A stretch of 27,455 bases of DNA, taken from NCBI GenBank assembly GCA_031409275.1, contig JANNXA010000023.1, positions 1 through 27,455 on the forward strand. Direction: 5' to 3'. The notes below the pieces were generated by a model that worked only from the letters and a program-made list of their open reading frames with translations, was not told where the DNA came from and did not search any database. The position numbers were made by a program, and so were the translations under genes. This document shows positions 26,380 through 27,455 of the stretch, piece after piece (position 1 is the first letter of the stretch; the number at the start of each line of letters is the position of its first letter). The DNA is from Planctomycetota bacterium (GTDB lineage Bacteria > Planctomycetota > B15-G4 > SIAN01).

Positions 26380-27315
26380 ATGAGAGCATTCATCGTGATC
26401 CCGGCACTGTCGCTGCTCCTCTCCGGCGCGGCACCGCCACAAGACGAGGTGGAGCTGCGATTCAGCGACTGCGACGCGCAGCGGCCCGCACTGTTGACGG
26501 GCGTCGGCGATCTCGTCGAGATCATGCTCCGTGGCCCGCCCGTCGATCCGCTCGTGCTGCGTGCGACGATGAAGGTCGAGGAGCGCGAGGTCGCGATCTA
26601 CCTGCCCAAGGCGCCGCTCTACTCGCGCGAGAACCGTGGCAGCGACTCGACCGGAATGGAGAACAGCAGCACGCTCCTCTCGATCGACGACGACGGGGAT
26701 GGCGTGCTGACCGAGCGCGAGTCGTGGCACGCGAACCTGCCGCTGCGGATCGGCGACACGATGTTCGACGTCGTCGAGCTGGCGGCCGATGGTCGTCGCA
26801 TGGTGGTGCGCCGTTCGACGGAGCCGCTCTCGGGCATCGTCGTCGGCCGTCGCGTCCCGCCGTTCGAGCTGCGGACCGCGTCGGGCCAGACCTTCAGCGA
26901 CGCTTCGCTGGCGGGCAAACCCTTCGTGCTCGACCTCTGGTCCGTGACCTGACACAACTGCATCGAAGAGTTCCCCCTGGTTCAGGGGGTTCAACGCAAA
27001 TGGGGCGAGCGACTCCTTCCGGTGATCCTGGTCGCCGTCGACCGCGGCTTTGGCAGCAAGGATGCGGAGTTCGTGCCGCAGGCAGCGCGCATCCTCGAAG
27101 CCCACGGTGTCGCATGGCCGAACACAATCGCCGAAAACGGTTTCGAGACGACCAAGCGCCGGTTCAACCTCGACGGCTACACGAAGGTGCTCGTCGATCC
27201 GCACGGCATCGTCCGGGCGGTGGGCATGCACGGCACCGAGCTGGCCGAGAAGGTCGAGGCCGTGATGCGGGAGTGGGCGAACGAGCGGCGGGGCAAGCAC
27301 GATGGAGCCGAGTAA
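26380..27315 (+). CDS. Exported TlpA/ResA-like thioredoxin-fold selenoprotein (UxxC); in-frame TGA at 26950-26952 read as Sec
   Basis: ORFs 26380-26952 and 27022-27315 are in the same frame. Readthrough gives VGRRVPPFELRTASGQTFSDASLAGKPFVLDLWSVT-U-HNCIEEFPLV..ILVAVD..TKVLVDPHGIVR, so U occupies the first Cys of the TlpA WxxxCxxC motif. N-terminal signal peptide. 311 aa. Confidence 0.88.
26973..26989 (+). promoter_or_regulatory. Bacterial SECIS-like hairpin of the TlpA-like gene
   Basis: CCCCCUG-GUU-CAGGGGG: a perfect 7-bp stem with a loop starting GU, 27 nt between the UGA and the loop. Confidence 0.75.
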
Positions 27316-27317
27316 GA

Positions 27318-27455
27318 GCGCCTAACAGAATGGACGCGTCGCGCCGAGACCGAGCGAGGCCGCCCAGGGCGAGGAGACCGAAGCAGGCGACTCTGAAGAG
27401 TCGCCGATGGAGGTCGACGAAGTCATGGGTGGCCGCAGCCGGTCGAACGCAGCGG
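27318..27455. mobile_element. MITE/REP-like repeat element, cut by the window edge
   Basis: Begins with gcgcctaacagaatg just after the upstream stop codon, contains the hairpin ggcgactc-tgaa-gagtcgcc (27386-27405), and shares a 27-bp identical block with 18658-18684. Confidence 0.7.

Overview
High-GC bacterial window, probably Planctomycetota-like (inferred from the FG-GAP protein and the prenyltransferase/squalene-oxidase repeat protein). From left to right it holds: (1) an insertion-sequence graveyard with an IS4/IS50-like right end, a MITE-like element and a decayed IS1380; (2) a complete type I-G (former I-U) CRISPR-Cas locus, with cas3-DUF1016/YhcG nuclease-cas8g-cas7-csb2 on the minus strand, divergent cas4/cas1-cas2 on the plus strand, a leader and a 26-repeat array; (3) two exported-protein genes; (4) a molybdoenzyme complex (4Fe-4S/NrfD fusion plus Mo-bisPGD subunit) split by an inverted FG-GAP gene; (5) two divergently transcribed genes that the ORF track cuts in half at an in-frame TGA. 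Both TGAs fall at a redox-active Cys position and are followed by a bacterial SECIS-like hairpin. One encodes a bacterial homologue of eukaryotic selenoprotein N (DDESC-U-GSGKTLR). The other encodes a TlpA-like thioredoxin-fold protein with a UxxC motif and an EF-hand-type loop. This hidden selenoprotein pair is the most striking observation.
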